64,000 nt of DNA from an uncultured Bacteroidota bacterium (GTDB lineage: Bacteria > Bacteroidota > Ignavibacteria > UBA10030), in contig CAVYRP010000002.1 in the NCBI GenBank assembly GCA_963770945.1, positions 381,778-445,777 on the forward strand. Direction: 5' to 3'. The notes beneath the pieces are model-generated. The model saw nothing but the letters and a program-made list of their open reading frames with translations, searched no databases and had not been told where the DNA came from. Numbering within the stretch: the stretch's first letter is position 1; the number at the start of each line of letters is the position of its first letter. This document shows positions 33,723 to 45,064 of this stretch, piece by piece. Made by a program: the position numbers and the translations under genes.

Positions 33723-34644
33723 ATGAAATCAATTTATAACGTCGGCTTTTCGTTCCTCAGAGGAAAAATCCAATTAGCCGAGGTTGAGCATAAAAGGAAG
33801 AAAACTATTGTTACAATATTGGCTGAGCGCGATACGACAATAGATATGAGCCGTATAGGTGCAACCATCACACCCGATCATCCCAGTTTAAATATGTTTA
33901 TAAAAGAGCTGCGGGAAATGATGAAGCAGCATAAAGTTTCTACTGAATATATTTCATTTGCGCTGCCGCCCGACCCGCTTTTTATTAACATTATTCCTGT
34001 AGAGCCGGGTCTTGCCGGCAAAGATCTCTCTCAGTATCTTCAGTGGGAAGTTGATCAGTACTTTCCCAAACACGTCGCCGAGAGAATTTATTATCGATTC
34101 TCATGGGCTTCCGCTTGAAAAGACTGATGCCCAGCAGACATTTATGGTCGCGGTGCGGCGCGGAATGGTCGCATTTTTGCAGAAAGTTGTAGCCGGGCTA
34201 AAAATGAAGCTGAATATAATTGATATTGACCAATTCAGCACAGAAAAGACCCTTATAACAAACTATCCTGAAATTCTGGAACACGATATTGTACTAATCG
34301 GGCTTTGTAAAAACGGCATTGATGCAAGCCTCATTCATAACGGGCAAATGACGGATTATCGGTCGTTCATTTACAATAATGAGCCATTTCCCGAAAAATA
34401 CATTATGGAATATCTGAAATACTTGAAGCAGAAAGATGATACTACACCCGCAGCTTTACTTCTGCATGGAATTGATGTTACAAAAAGTTTAGTCTTGTCG
34501 CTCCGAACAACAACCGGGATTAAACAAACACTGGCGCTTAATCCATTTCGCAAACTCATTACAAAAAAACATCTCAATCCTTCATTTATCAGGGATGGAT
34601 ACCGATTTTCTGCAGCAATAGGCCTGGCGCTGCGTACGAAATGA
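33723..34644 (+). CDS. PilM-like (type IV pilus assembly / actin-like ATPase family) protein. Frameshift near 34085 in the homopolymer agaa.
   Basis: Two ORFs join at ..FPKHVAE|(R)FIIDSHG.. The C-terminus reads ..RFSAAIGLALR. Confidence 0.5.
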
Positions 34645-35210
34645 GAATAATTGCTGGCAGCTTTCGCGGCCGATTAATTGAGACGGTGCATGATCTATCT
34701 GTTCGTCCGACAACAGATCGTGCGAAACAGACGATTTTTGATATTCTGACAAACCGCATTGTTTTTGACGATTTGGAAGTGCTTGATTTATTCGCCGGCA
34801 GCGGAAGCCTCGGCCTGGAAGCAATCAGCCGTGGTGCGAGAAACGTTACATTTATCGATAAATCAAGAAAATCGCTGGAGGTACTGGAAAAAAATGCTGC
34901 ATCGCTTGGCTGCAAATCGCAGTGCACTTTATATCAAGCGGATGTATTTTGGTATCTGAAGAATATAAAACGGGCATATGATCTCATCTTTGTGGATCCG
35001 CCGTATAAGCTGGATAATATCGGCCTGCTGCCGAATGCTGTTTATGATTCCGGTGCGGTGCGTAACGGTTCGTATGTCGTGATGGAACACAGCCGTGAAT
35101 CAATAATAGAATTGGATGAGCATAAATATGAAATTCTTAAAAAGCCTTTCGGCCAGACGACGGTATTAATTCTGACAGCTGTTGTTCCACCTATGCATTC
35201 AAGGACATGA
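34641..35210 (+). CDS. rsmD: 16S rRNA (guanine966-N2)-methyltransferase RsmD.
   Basis: Contains ..LDLFAGSGSLGLEAISRGA.. and FVDPPY. Confidence 0.8.
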   Translation: MRIIAGSFRGRLIETVHDLSVRPTTDRAKQTIFDILTNRIVFDDLEVLDLFAGSGSLGLEAISRGARNVTFIDKSRKSLEVLEKNAASLGCKSQCTLYQADVFWYLKNIKRAYDLIFVDPPYKLDNIGLLPNAVYDSGAVRNGSYVVMEHSRESIIELDEHKYEILKKPFGQTTVLILTAVVPPMHSRT

Positions 35211-35211
35211 A

Positions 35212-35697
35212 ATGAAAATTGCCATTTACCCCGGAACATTCGATCCCGTGACAAACGGACATCTGGATATTCTTGAAAGGGCTCTCAAGCTTTTCGATAA
35301 AGTTATTATTACAGTTGCCCGGAATACAACGAAGAGCCCGTTCTTCACGGAAGAAGAACGTTTATCGCTTCTCAAACAAGTAACAAAGCGCTATAAAAAT
35401 GTGGAAGTCGATTCTTTCCAGGGGCTGCTGGTGGATTACGTACGGCGAAAGAAAGCTGCAGCCGTAGTTCGCGGGCTCAGGGCAATGACGGACTTTGAGT
35501 ATGAGCTGCAAATGGCGCTGATGAACAGGAAGCTTGATGAGAAAATGGAAACTATTTTTCTCATGCCTAACGAAAAATATACATATCTCAGTTCCAACGT
35601 CGTCCGGGAAATAGCGCGGCTTGGAGGCAATGTAAGCAAACTGGTACCGCCGGTTGTGAATAAAGCACTTAGACGGAAAAAAGAAAATTCCCGTTAA
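35212..35697 (+). CDS. coaD: Phosphopantetheine adenylyltransferase.
   Basis: Contains MKIAIYPGTFDPVTNGHLDI. Confidence 0.85.
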   Translation: MKIAIYPGTFDPVTNGHLDILERALKLFDKVIITVARNTTKSPFFTEEERLSLLKQVTKRYKNVEVDSFQGLLVDYVRRKKAAAVVRGLRAMTDFEYELQMALMNRKLDEKMETIFLMPNEKYTYLSSNVVREIARLGGNVSKLVPPVVNKALRRKKENSR

Positions 35698-35738
35698 TCT
35701 CTTTTCGCTTTTATAGTATGAATCGGCGGCAATACGTT

Positions 35739-37227
35739 CTACATAATCGGCAGCCGGATTATGAACGTGCTTCCCTTTCCTTCTCTGCTTTTCACTTCGA
35801 TTGATCCGTTATGTGCTTCCGCAATCCATTTAGCAATGGCCAGGCCGAGTCCGCTGCCGGATGCATTATCGGAATTTGTTGAGCTTCTTTCGACGCGATA
35901 AAACCGTTCGAATATTTTATTTTGGTCCTTTCGCGGAATTCCGATACCGTTGTCCTTAATCATTATAACTGCAGTTTCAGCTTCTTCTTTTAGCGACAAT
36001 GTCACAAGTCCATGCGGTTGCGTGTACTTGACGGCGTTATCAATGAGATTTAGGAAAAGTTGTTTTAACCGGGAACCATCGCCTTTTATGCGTATATTTT
36101 CGGAGTATTCTAATTTAACTTTAATTTTTTTTGATTCAGCAAGTACCTGTGCCTCTTCAAAGAGCTGGCGCATAAAGTCATCCATCGGGACCGGCTGCAT
36201 ATCGAATACCAATCGGCCGGTATCCGATTTTACCAAAATCATCAGGCTTTCAACGATCGAGGAAAGCCGGACCAATTCATCGTTCATACTCATAAAAAGT
36301 TCGCGGGATTGTTTGGACATCCGCTGGTTGCGCAGCGCGACTTCAATCTCGCCGCGCATGATAGTAAGAGGTGTCCGCAGCTCATGCGATGCATCGGCTG
36401 AGAATCGCTGAATTTGTACGAACGATGCCTGCAAACGGCCGATCATATCATTGAATTGTTCCGTTAGCCGGCCAAGTTCGTCGTCTACCCGGAGTGTCGG
36501 AAGCCGCCGGTTAAGGTTTTGAGCAGTAATTTCTTTTGCCGCTTTTGTCAATTCATCTACGGGCTTGAGAGATTTGTGGGCTAAAAACCACCCGCCGATA
36601 ACAGAGATCAACAGCGCTAACGGTGTGATGAAGAGAAAATTATAGAAAACACTGTCCGTAACTTCGTAGATCGCCTCAAGAGGATATGCTACAAAAATCT
36701 TTACATAATCATTTTGTGTTAATGCGAGGCGAATCTCCCGGTCATCCGGGCCCTTTGTGACTGACAACATTGATCCATTGATACGGTATATCGGTATAGT
36801 TAATCGTATGCCCGCGCAGGCTCTGCGACCGGTACAGCAGGTCCCCGTTCCGGTCAAGAATCTGTATGTAATGACGCCTTGGACTCAGCAGGGTATGCTG
36901 GTAAATCTGGTTCCACATCTCGTCTATTTCGGTACGTTTACCTGCACTTGTGTCGATTACTTCCGGCTGCTCTTCCTGTTGAGCGGCGCTGCGCTTGAGT
37001 TCCTGCAGCTCTTTAAGCGCGGCACGTTTTATTTTTACTTTCTTTGCTTGAGGTTCGATAAATCCATTCACCCAATTCACTTCGTTTTTTAAGGAATAGT
37101 CCAGATTATCAAGAAGCGCTGCCCGTGATGCAATATATGCAATTATACCCGAACCGATAAGTGTAACGCCGAGAATTGCAGCATACCACAATGAAAGTTT
37201 TGTACGGATGGAGTGAAATATTGTCAT
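35739..37227 (-). CDS. Sensor histidine kinase (periplasmic sensor, HAMP, HisKA, HATPase). Frameshift near 36800.
   Basis: Contains ..FSADASHELRTPLT.. and the G-boxes ..GSGLGLAI.. Confidence 0.7.
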
Positions 37228-37937
37228 GCGGACTTGCCGGCCGGCGTTCCTTTGCCGGGACTGAATGACAGCTTCTTATCGGATAGGTAATATCCTTTAC
37301 CGCGTTCTGTCTGAATAAGTTTTATCGAAAAGTCGGTATCGATTTTCTTCCGAAGGTGGTTGACGTACACATCTACAACGTTTGTGCCGGGGTCAAAATT
37401 ATACCCCCAAATATCTCTCGAAAGCTCCAATCGCGAAATTAATTTTCCACGGTGACGCAGAAAATATTCGATGAGTGCGTACTCGCGTACAGTCAGTTCA
37501 ATGGGAGTGCCGGAACGGCTTACTTTATGCGCGACTGTGTCTAAAACGAGATCGGCATATTTGAGTTTTGTCCTGACCGTGCCCCGGCGCATCAATGAGC
37601 GAATTCGTGCTAACAATATATTAAAGGCAAACGGTTTCGTCAAATAATCATCCGCACCTTGATCAAGCCCGCCGACAATGTCCTCCGTTGCGCTGCGGGC
37701 TGTCAGCATCAAGATTGGAGTTCTAATTTCATCTTTGCGCAAATCACGCAGGATTTCAAAACCATTTTTCCTGGGAAGCAGTACATCCAGAAGGATGATG
37801 TCATATATTTCTGTCCGGGCATACTTCTCGCCGGTTTTTCCATCGGCAGCAGTATCTACTTCATAACCCTCTGCTTCTAAGCCCTTTTTTAGAAAACGGG
37901 CAACTTTCTGTTCGTCCTCAATCACGAGGATATGCAT
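37224..37937 (-). CDS. OmpR-family response regulator.
   Basis: The receiver domain reads MHILVIEDE..DIILLD, followed by a winged-helix domain. Confidence 0.8.
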   Translation of the reverse strand: MHILVIEDEQKVARFLKKGLEAEGYEVDTAADGKTGEKYARTEIYDIILLDVLLPRKNGFEILRDLRKDEIRTPILMLTARSATEDIVGGLDQGADDYLTKPFAFNILLARIRSLMRRGTVRTKLKYADLVLDTVAHKVSRSGTPIELTVREYALIEYFLRHRGKLISRLELSRDIWGYNFDPGTNVVDVYVNHLRKKIDTDFSIKLIQTERGKGYYLSDKKLSFSPGKGTPAGKSA

Positions 37938-38286
37938 AATTGTCTTTCTTTTGATTGAGTAGTCAAGAAATCATACTTGGAGAAGTTACTTGTTTATCGG
38001 AAAAGTGTCAAATGTGAAAAATAATGATAAATGAATACCGGAAATGCCGTGACAGCACTGTATTCAAGCCGAGGATTCAGCATTATAGATAGTTCTGAAT
38101 AGCCGGGTTTCGTGCAAGTGTGTGATAGAGGAAAACTATCCGGAAAATCATATATTGATGAAAAACTCTTAATCCGGTTATCTTTGAATCCTATACATTT
38201 TTCCATATATTTTTATCAAACATTGAAAACTTTTCCTAAAGAACACATCTTATATTTATATTGATACAAATAAAGAGATAAAACCT

Positions 38287-39129
38287 ATGCAGAGAATAAT
38301 ACTTGTCATTATAACAGCGTTTCTCTTCGAAGGCTGTATCCAGACTATCGCGCTCCGTTCGATGGGCGGTATTCTCGACAATGGACTGGCATCGTTCAAC
38401 GAGGAATCCGATTTACAGCTTGCACATGAGGCGCTTGGGAGCAACCTAAAACTCATCGAGGCAATGATTAAAAGTGACCCTGAGAACGAACAATTTCTTC
38501 TCTTCGCAGCGCAGGGATATAATTCCTATGCGCTGGCTTTCTGTGAAGATGATAGTATCGAACGTGCCCGCGTATTTTACCTGCGCGCAAAAGATTATGG
38601 TATGCACATCCTAAAAAAGAACAAGAATTTCAAAAATGCGCTGGATGGCGATATTACACAATTTCGGAGTGCCGTAAAAACATTTACAAAGGATGATGTA
38701 CCGGCGATTTTTTGGACGGCATTCAGCTGGGGAAGTTATGTAAATATTACGCGCACAGATGTTGCGGGACTGGCCGATTTGAGCAAGGTGCAGGCCCTCA
38801 TTGAATTCGTTGCTGAAAAAGATTCCTCGTTTTATCACGGAGGAGCATATTTATTTCTCGGCGTTATTGAAGGCAGCACTCCTCGTTCTCTCGGCGGAAA
38901 TCCGGAAAAAGCAAAAGAATATTTTGAGAAAGCTCTTGCAATCAACGGCGGAAAATTTTTAATGACACAGTTGTACTACGCAAAAGTGTACGCTGTCAAC
39001 ACGCTGGACCAGCCGTTATTTGAGTCTTTACTGAAGCAGGTTGAGGATGCTTCGATAGATGATGTGCCGGAAATCCGGCTTGCAAATGTTATCGCAAAGC
39101 AGAAAGCACGAAAATTATTAGCACATTAA
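38287..39129 (+). CDS. TatT-like TPR protein of a TPR-protein-associated TRAP transporter.
   Basis: 280 aa TatT (TRAP-T TPAT) family. Confidence 0.6.
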   Translation: MQRIILVIITAFLFEGCIQTIALRSMGGILDNGLASFNEESDLQLAHEALGSNLKLIEAMIKSDPENEQFLLFAAQGYNSYALAFCEDDSIERARVFYLRAKDYGMHILKKNKNFKNALDGDITQFRSAVKTFTKDDVPAIFWTAFSWGSYVNITRTDVAGLADLSKVQALIEFVAEKDSSFYHGGAYLFLGVIEGSTPRSLGGNPEKAKEYFEKALAINGGKFLMTQLYYAKVYAVNTLDQPLFESLLKQVEDASIDDVPEIRLANVIAKQKARKLLAH

Positions 39130-39169
39130 AAATGAATTGTTTTAGTTAATCGAAAAGGACGGAATTCAA

Positions 39170-40172
39170 ATGAAACGACTCTATTTTGCGCTCATCATAC
39201 CAATTATGCTGACGGTATGTTATGGTCAGCAATATACAATTAAATTTGCCTCTATTGCGCCGGAAGGCAGCACATGGATGAATGTGATGAAAGAATTAGA
39301 CGCCGCTGTCCAAAAAGAAAGCGGCGGGCGTATTAAATTTCGGATGTATCCGAGCGGTGTTCAAGGGGATGAAAAAACAGTCATCCGTAAAATCGGTGTC
39401 GGACAGTTGCATGCAGCCGGTTTCACCGGTGTTGGTATGGGTGAAATAGCGCCAAAGGTGCGTATCCTCGATACGCCGTTTCTAATTCGCAGCAGTGAAG
39501 AAGCCGATTATCTTAATCAAACATTTGAAAAAGAATTTGAGCAGGCATTTGAGGCGAATGGCTATGTTTTACTTGGTTGGGCAGAAGTCGGATTTGTATA
39601 TGTGTTCAGCAATTCGCCGATTCATAAACCCGAAGATATCAAGCAGATCAAGATGTGGGTGTGGGATGGCGATCCTGTAGCGGAAACTTCATTCCGTGCG
39701 CTGGATATTAAACCGATTCCTCTTTCATTCGATAACGTGCGTACATCTCTGCAAACCGGATTAGTCAATGCATTCTATACAACTCCGTACGCCGCGATTG
39801 CTTTGCAGTGGTACACTCAGGCAAAGTATATGGTAGATTTCCCGTTGACTTGTTCAGCCGGTGCCGTTCTTCTTTCCAAAAAATATTTTGATGCAATGCC
39901 GAAAGATTTACAGGAAATTCTTCTTCGCAACGGCAAGAATTTATATGAAAAAACTGACCGAGGCGGGACGATTGGATAACGAGAAATCTTTGATGGAATT
40001 GAAGAAACGCGGTATTACGTTTACGCAAACCAATGATAAAGAAATACAGGAATATATTGCTGTTGGAGCTCGTGCGCGCCAGATGCTTGTCGGTAAAATG
40101 TACGATGAAGATTTTATGAAACGCGTTGAAAAAGCTGTGGAAGATTTTAGAAAGACTGCGAAGAAAAAATGA
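39170..40172 (+). CDS. TRAP transporter DctP-like solute-binding protein (TatP-like). Frameshift near 39950.
   Basis: Signal peptide, then ..IKFASIAPEGSTW.. Confidence 0.65.
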
Positions 40173-40667
40173 AAATACTCAAGTCTATCGATTCCGCTCT
40201 CAATAAGATTGAAGGAGCGGTGCTGATCTTTCTCCTCCTCGTTATGCTTTTCATGGCTTTTGGACAGGTGGTCCTGAGAAATTTATCTACCGGTGGTATT
40301 GTGTGGGGAGACATTCTACTCCGCCATCTGGTGTTATGGATCGGATTTCTCGGAGCAGCACTTGCTACGAGCGGTGAACGTCATATCAATATTGATATTC
40401 TTACACGGTATCTTTCCGAACGATTTAAAGGAGTAGTTGCCGCAGTCGTCTAATGTTTTTGCGGCTGTAATCTGTTTCCTTTTGTTTCGCGCATCACTGA
40501 CATTTATCGAATTTGAAATTGCTAATAATAACACTGTGTTTGCTGAAATACCTTCGTGGTATGCCCAGATTATTATTCCGGTTGGATATGGTCTATTGAC
40601 ATTCCATTTCATTGTCCGTGCGATTCTTGATGCAGGTAAGGCACTGCGGAAAGGAGCGGCGGTATGA
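40169..40667 (+). CDS. TRAP transporter small permease (DctQ-like). Frameshift near 40440.
   Basis: Small four-TM protein. Confidence 0.55.
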
Positions 40668-41944
40668 GTATCTGGTTGATTGTCGCGATTATTGTTTTAC
40701 TGGCGCTTTGCGGTGCTCCGATTTTTACTATTTTCGGTGCCTTGGCTTTATATTTGTTCTATGGTTCCGGCATTGATACATCGGCGGTTATTATTGAACT
40801 CTACCGCCTTACCGATATGCCGCCGTTAGTTGCGATTCCACTCTTTACTTTTGCCGGATATATGCTTGCTGAGAGCAATGCACCAAAACGTTTGGTCAAT
40901 CTGGCACAAGCATTATTTGGCTGGATTCCCGGCGGTTTGGCGATAGTTGTCTTACTCACATGCGCGTTCTTTACTGCGTTTACCGGTGCATCCGGTGTAA
41001 CGATTGTTGCACTCGGCGGATTGCTCTTTCCGATGCTGATTAAGGAACAGTATCCTGAAAAATTTTCACTTGGCCTTGTAACGGCTTCAGGCAGTATTGG
41101 TTTACTGTTCCCTCCAAGTTTACCTATCATTGTGTACGGCATGGTTGCAGAAGTCAGTATTGATCAATTATTTATAGCCGGTATCATTCCCGGTATAATA
41201 CTGATTTCGATGCTCGGTATCTATAGCGTACGCAAAGGTGTTCAGGCAAACGTGCCGCGTATTACCTTCGTCTGGTCGAATGTTGGCAAGACACTCAAAG
41301 AAGCAGCATGGGAAATCCCATTGCCGTTCATCATTGTGATTGGTATTTACGGAGGATTTGTTACTGCCACGGAAGCATCTGCAGTGACTGCATTCTATGT
41401 CTTCGTTGTTGAGGTGTTCATCTATCGTGACCTGAAAATATTCAGCGATTTACCGCGTGTGATGAAAGAATCGATGCTGCTGGTAGGTGCGATTATTTCT
41501 ATTCTCGGTGTAGCGCTGGGATTGACAAATTATCTTATCGATCAAGAAGTACCGCAGCGTTTATTTGAGTTGGTGCAGACCCAAATTTCAAGTCAGGTAA
41601 CATTCCTTCTTATTCTCAACGGATTTCTGATTATTGTCGGAATGATGCTGGATATTTTTTCTGCAACGTTCGTCGTGGTACCGCTCATTCTCCCGATTGC
41701 GCGCGCGTTTAATGTCGATCCGGTTCATCTCGGTATTATTTTTCTCACGAATTTAGAAATCGGCTACCTGACACCGCCTGTGGGAATGAATCTTTTCCTG
41801 TCGAGCTTGAGATTCAAGAAGCCTATGCTTCAAGTTATAAAGTCGATTCTTATTTTCATCGTTCTAGAACTTGTTGTGCTTATGGTGATTACCTACTGGC
41901 CTGACTTGAGCCTTTGGCTGGTGCATCTGATGGGTACACAGTAG
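40664..41944 (+). CDS. TRAP transporter large permease (DctM-like).
   Basis: 426 aa polytopic membrane protein. Confidence 0.75.
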   Translation: MSIWLIVAIIVLLALCGAPIFTIFGALALYLFYGSGIDTSAVIIELYRLTDMPPLVAIPLFTFAGYMLAESNAPKRLVNLAQALFGWIPGGLAIVVLLTCAFFTAFTGASGVTIVALGGLLFPMLIKEQYPEKFSLGLVTASGSIGLLFPPSLPIIVYGMVAEVSIDQLFIAGIIPGIILISMLGIYSVRKGVQANVPRITFVWSNVGKTLKEAAWEIPLPFIIVIGIYGGFVTATEASAVTAFYVFVVEVFIYRDLKIFSDLPRVMKESMLLVGAIISILGVALGLTNYLIDQEVPQRLFELVQTQISSQVTFLLILNGFLIIVGMMLDIFSATFVVVPLILPIARAFNVDPVHLGIIFLTNLEIGYLTPPVGMNLFLSSLRFKKPMLQVIKSILIFIVLELVVLMVITYWPDLSLWLVHLMGTQ

Positions 41945-42013
41945 ACAACATATATAAAGTCGTTACTCAAAGGGTGAAGCAGAGAATGTTGTTTCATCCT
42001 TTTTTATTCCATA

Positions 42014-43257
42014 TTATTCCAGTGTTCGTACTTGCGGTATAAAAAACCACACGAGGCATGCTATAAAAAAAGCAGCTCCCGCACTAATAAGAGCCGCTTC
42101 CGCTTCTCCCGCTTGTTCCGCTATGGTTCCCAGCAAAAGTGCGCCAATCGGCATTGATCCCATAAAAATTGTGCTGTACACACCCATTATACGTCCTCGA
42201 AGTTCGTCCGGAACCAGAATTTGAATCATTACATTGGAAAGGTTTACGACCATAATGGAACCGATCCCAATGAATGCCATGAGAAGCAGTGAAAACGGCA
42301 GAAAATGCACCAGGGCGAAGAACGCAATTGAAAGCGGGAAAAAGAACGATCCTATCGAAATAAGTTTTCCCCGGTATTTAATGTATCCCAATGATGCAAT
42401 CGCCAGCGCACCTAAAAGTGAACCGACGCCCCGTGCGGAAAATAAAAGACCGTTCGTTGCTGCATCTCCTTTTAGAATTTTCACCGACCATGCAGGGAGC
42501 AATGTTCCTAAAGACATTCCGAACAGACTTGTTGTTGCGACCAATATGATGAGCGCACGAATAGTCGGTTGATGAATTACATAGTTAATTCCTTCTTTTA
42601 ATGCCGAGAATGCGGAACCGTGCTGTGAAGTCTGTGAATCCCGGTTGAAGATGCATAGACGCCAGTGCAATAATCACGGCAATAAATGATATACCGTTGG
42701 CGGCAAAACACCATCCCGGCCCGAAGGCTGCATAAACTATACCTGCAATAGCCGGGCCGATAATAAGAGCTGTGTTAAATATGGTCGCATTGAGTGCAAC
42801 GGCATTTGTTAAATCTTCACGATCCACCATTTCTGAAATAAATGCAAGACGCGCCGGTGCATCGAAAGCATTAGCAGTTCCCAGTCCTAACGCAAGTATT
42901 AGAATATGCCATGCTTTAACGGCACCGGTGAATACGAGTGCAGCAAGAATAAATGCCAGTACCATCATAATGGATTGTGTGATGATAAGAAGCTTGCGTT
43001 TTGAGATACGATCTGCAACCACTCCGCCGTACATCATAAAAAACCAGGAAGGTACGCCCGAAGAAAAATCCCACATATCCGAGATATGCCGAAGATTGTG
43101 TCAATTGATAGACGAGAAATCCCTGGGCAGTTGTTTGCATCCATGTACCGAATAACGATACCATTTGTCCCCAGAACCACAAGCGATAGTTCCTGTGTTT
43201 CAGTGCCGCAAAAGTTTTCTGCCAGATTGGTTTTTTAGGAGATATATTGCTGCTCAT
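42014..43257 (-). CDS. MFS transporter, frame-disrupted (3 ORF pieces).
   Basis: N-terminus reads ..[19 protein letters not shown]. There are 12 predicted TM helices across 3 frames. Confidence 0.55.
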
Positions 43258-43712
43258 CGCTTCATCAGTCGTTTGAGCAATTGAATTTGTCCGGCGTGAT
43301 ATATGTCGTGGCAGGCAATTCCGGATATAGTTGATGCTATTGTAAATTTACTCCCGGCCGGTTTTTGATTAATTTCGGACGGTTTAAGTTGAGTGATTAC
43401 TTTACACATAGAATGATGGATTTCATCAAGCATCCTAAGATTTTCCCGCCATGTTTTCTCGTCAAGGTTTTTAGGACATTTGAACCAATTACTGCCTTTC
43501 AGTGAAAAAGATCCTTTCTTTTCTCCTGATAATCGTCTGCGTACAGCATATTTCCAGTATGCGCAGTGGATGACTATTTCCCAGATATTATGCCGCGTCG
43601 ATTCAGGACGCCATGCTGCTTGATGTGCAGACAGGCCGCGAATTGATCCCCGCAGATTCGGCCCATGCCAGGCCTTGCTTTTATAGGCCTCATCGATAAG
43701 CTGCAGGAACAA
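43254..43712 (-). CDS. DinB/YfiT-like (DinB_2) family protein.
   Basis: 152 aa. Confidence 0.45.
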   Translation of the reverse strand: MFLQLIDEAYKSKAWHGPNLRGSIRGLSAHQAAWRPESTRHNIWEIVIHCAYWKYAVRRRLSGEKKGSFSLKGSNWFKCPKNLDEKTWRENLRMLDEIHHSMCKVITQLKPSEINQKPAGSKFTIASTISGIACHDIYHAGQIQLLKRLMKR

Positions 43713-43841
43713 CTGTAATTTGGTTATCCGTTTTTTTCATATAAATACAACATACGAAGCAAAACTTAATCAATCAAGATTGTACGTGTCCTTTGAAAAA
43801 GGATTTAGTATTTTGTTGTATCCAGTAAAATTGTTTTATAA

Positions 43842-44975
43842 ATGAAGAAGATGCATCATATGGCGGATTTTGAAATAGCAGTGATAGGTGCCGGTGTTGT
43901 AGGACTTGCCATTGCGGCACGGCTTTCCGAAAAACATCCGCGTCTTGTCGTTCTTGAGAAAAATGAAAAGTATGGAATGGAAACATCGAGCCGCAACAGC
44001 GAGGTGATCCATGCAGGTATTTACTATGAACCGGGTTCTCTTAAAGCGCGTCTATGTGTGGAAGGAAGAGATGAATTGTATGCATTGTGCAAAGCGAATG
44101 ATATCATCTATAGGCCGCTGACAAAACTTATTACCGCAACTACGCAGGCAGAATTGGCAAAACTTGAAAACATCCGAAAAAATGCTGCAAAGAATGGCGT
44201 AGAACTTCAACTTCTGGACAAATCATCGACATTAAAGCTGGAACCTAATATTCGGACGGAAGGCTCATTGTTCTCTCCGTTAACAGGTGTTATCAGTGTT
44301 CATGATCTCATGGATTTCTTTTTTCATACAATTCAATCGAATAGGGGAGTGGTTCAGCAACGCTGCGCGGTAACGGGAATTCAAAAAGGTAACGGCGAGT
44401 ACCAATTGACTATCGATGATGTCGGGACTCAATCAAGTGTAACCAGCGAGATTGTCATCAATGCGGCAGGCCTGGACTCCGATCTTATCGCACAGATGAT
44501 CGGTATCGATATCGATAAGGAGAATTTGCGCCTTAATTATGTCAAGGGATCGTACTTTGCAGTTACACCTTCGAAAGCAAAGCTTGTTTCGCGACTTGTA
44601 TATCCTGTTCCGGGCAATGAGGGACTTGGAGTACATGCATTGATGGATTGGGGAGGTCGGTTGAAGTTCGGCCCGGATGTAGAATATCTCGAAGGCCGTA
44701 CGATCAATTATACTGTTGCAGAAGAAAAAGGGCATGCATTTGCTGAATCTATTCGCCGCATTTTACCGCAAATCAACGATGAAGATATAACGCCGGATAT
44801 GAGCGGAATTCGTCCGAAGCTTCAAAAGAAAGGCGCACCTGCCCGTGATTTTGTTATTGTTCATGAAAAAGAGCGGGGATTGCCGGGATTTGTCAATCTG
44901 ATTGGTATCGAATCGCCGGGATTGACTTCATCTCCCGCGATTGCGCGGTATGTGGAAAGTATTTTATTCAAGTAG
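43842..44975 (+). CDS. FAD-dependent oxidoreductase, L-2-hydroxyglutarate oxidase (LhgO/YgaF)-like.
   Basis: Contains IAVIGAGVVGLAIA.. Confidence 0.6.
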   Translation: MKKMHHMADFEIAVIGAGVVGLAIAARLSEKHPRLVVLEKNEKYGMETSSRNSEVIHAGIYYEPGSLKARLCVEGRDELYALCKANDIIYRPLTKLITATTQAELAKLENIRKNAAKNGVELQLLDKSSTLKLEPNIRTEGSLFSPLTGVISVHDLMDFFFHTIQSNRGVVQQRCAVTGIQKGNGEYQLTIDDVGTQSSVTSEIVINAAGLDSDLIAQMIGIDIDKENLRLNYVKGSYFAVTPSKAKLVSRLVYPVPGNEGLGVHALMDWGGRLKFGPDVEYLEGRTINYTVAEEKGHAFAESIRRILPQINDEDITPDMSGIRPKLQKKGAPARDFVIVHEKERGLPGFVNLIGIESPGLTSSPAIARYVESILFK

Positions 44976-44989
44976 AAATATGCATGTAA

Positions 44990-45018
44990 ATAAAAATCCC
45001 CTCCGTCAAGAGGGGATT
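44990..45018 (-). terminator. Intrinsic terminator for pfp (minus strand).
   Basis: aatcccctc-cgtcaa-gaggggatt, with a T-run on the minus strand. Confidence 0.6.
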
Positions 45019-45064
45019 AGTCTGATACGCATTTGCCGGGTCAATAAATATTAATCTTCCTTAC

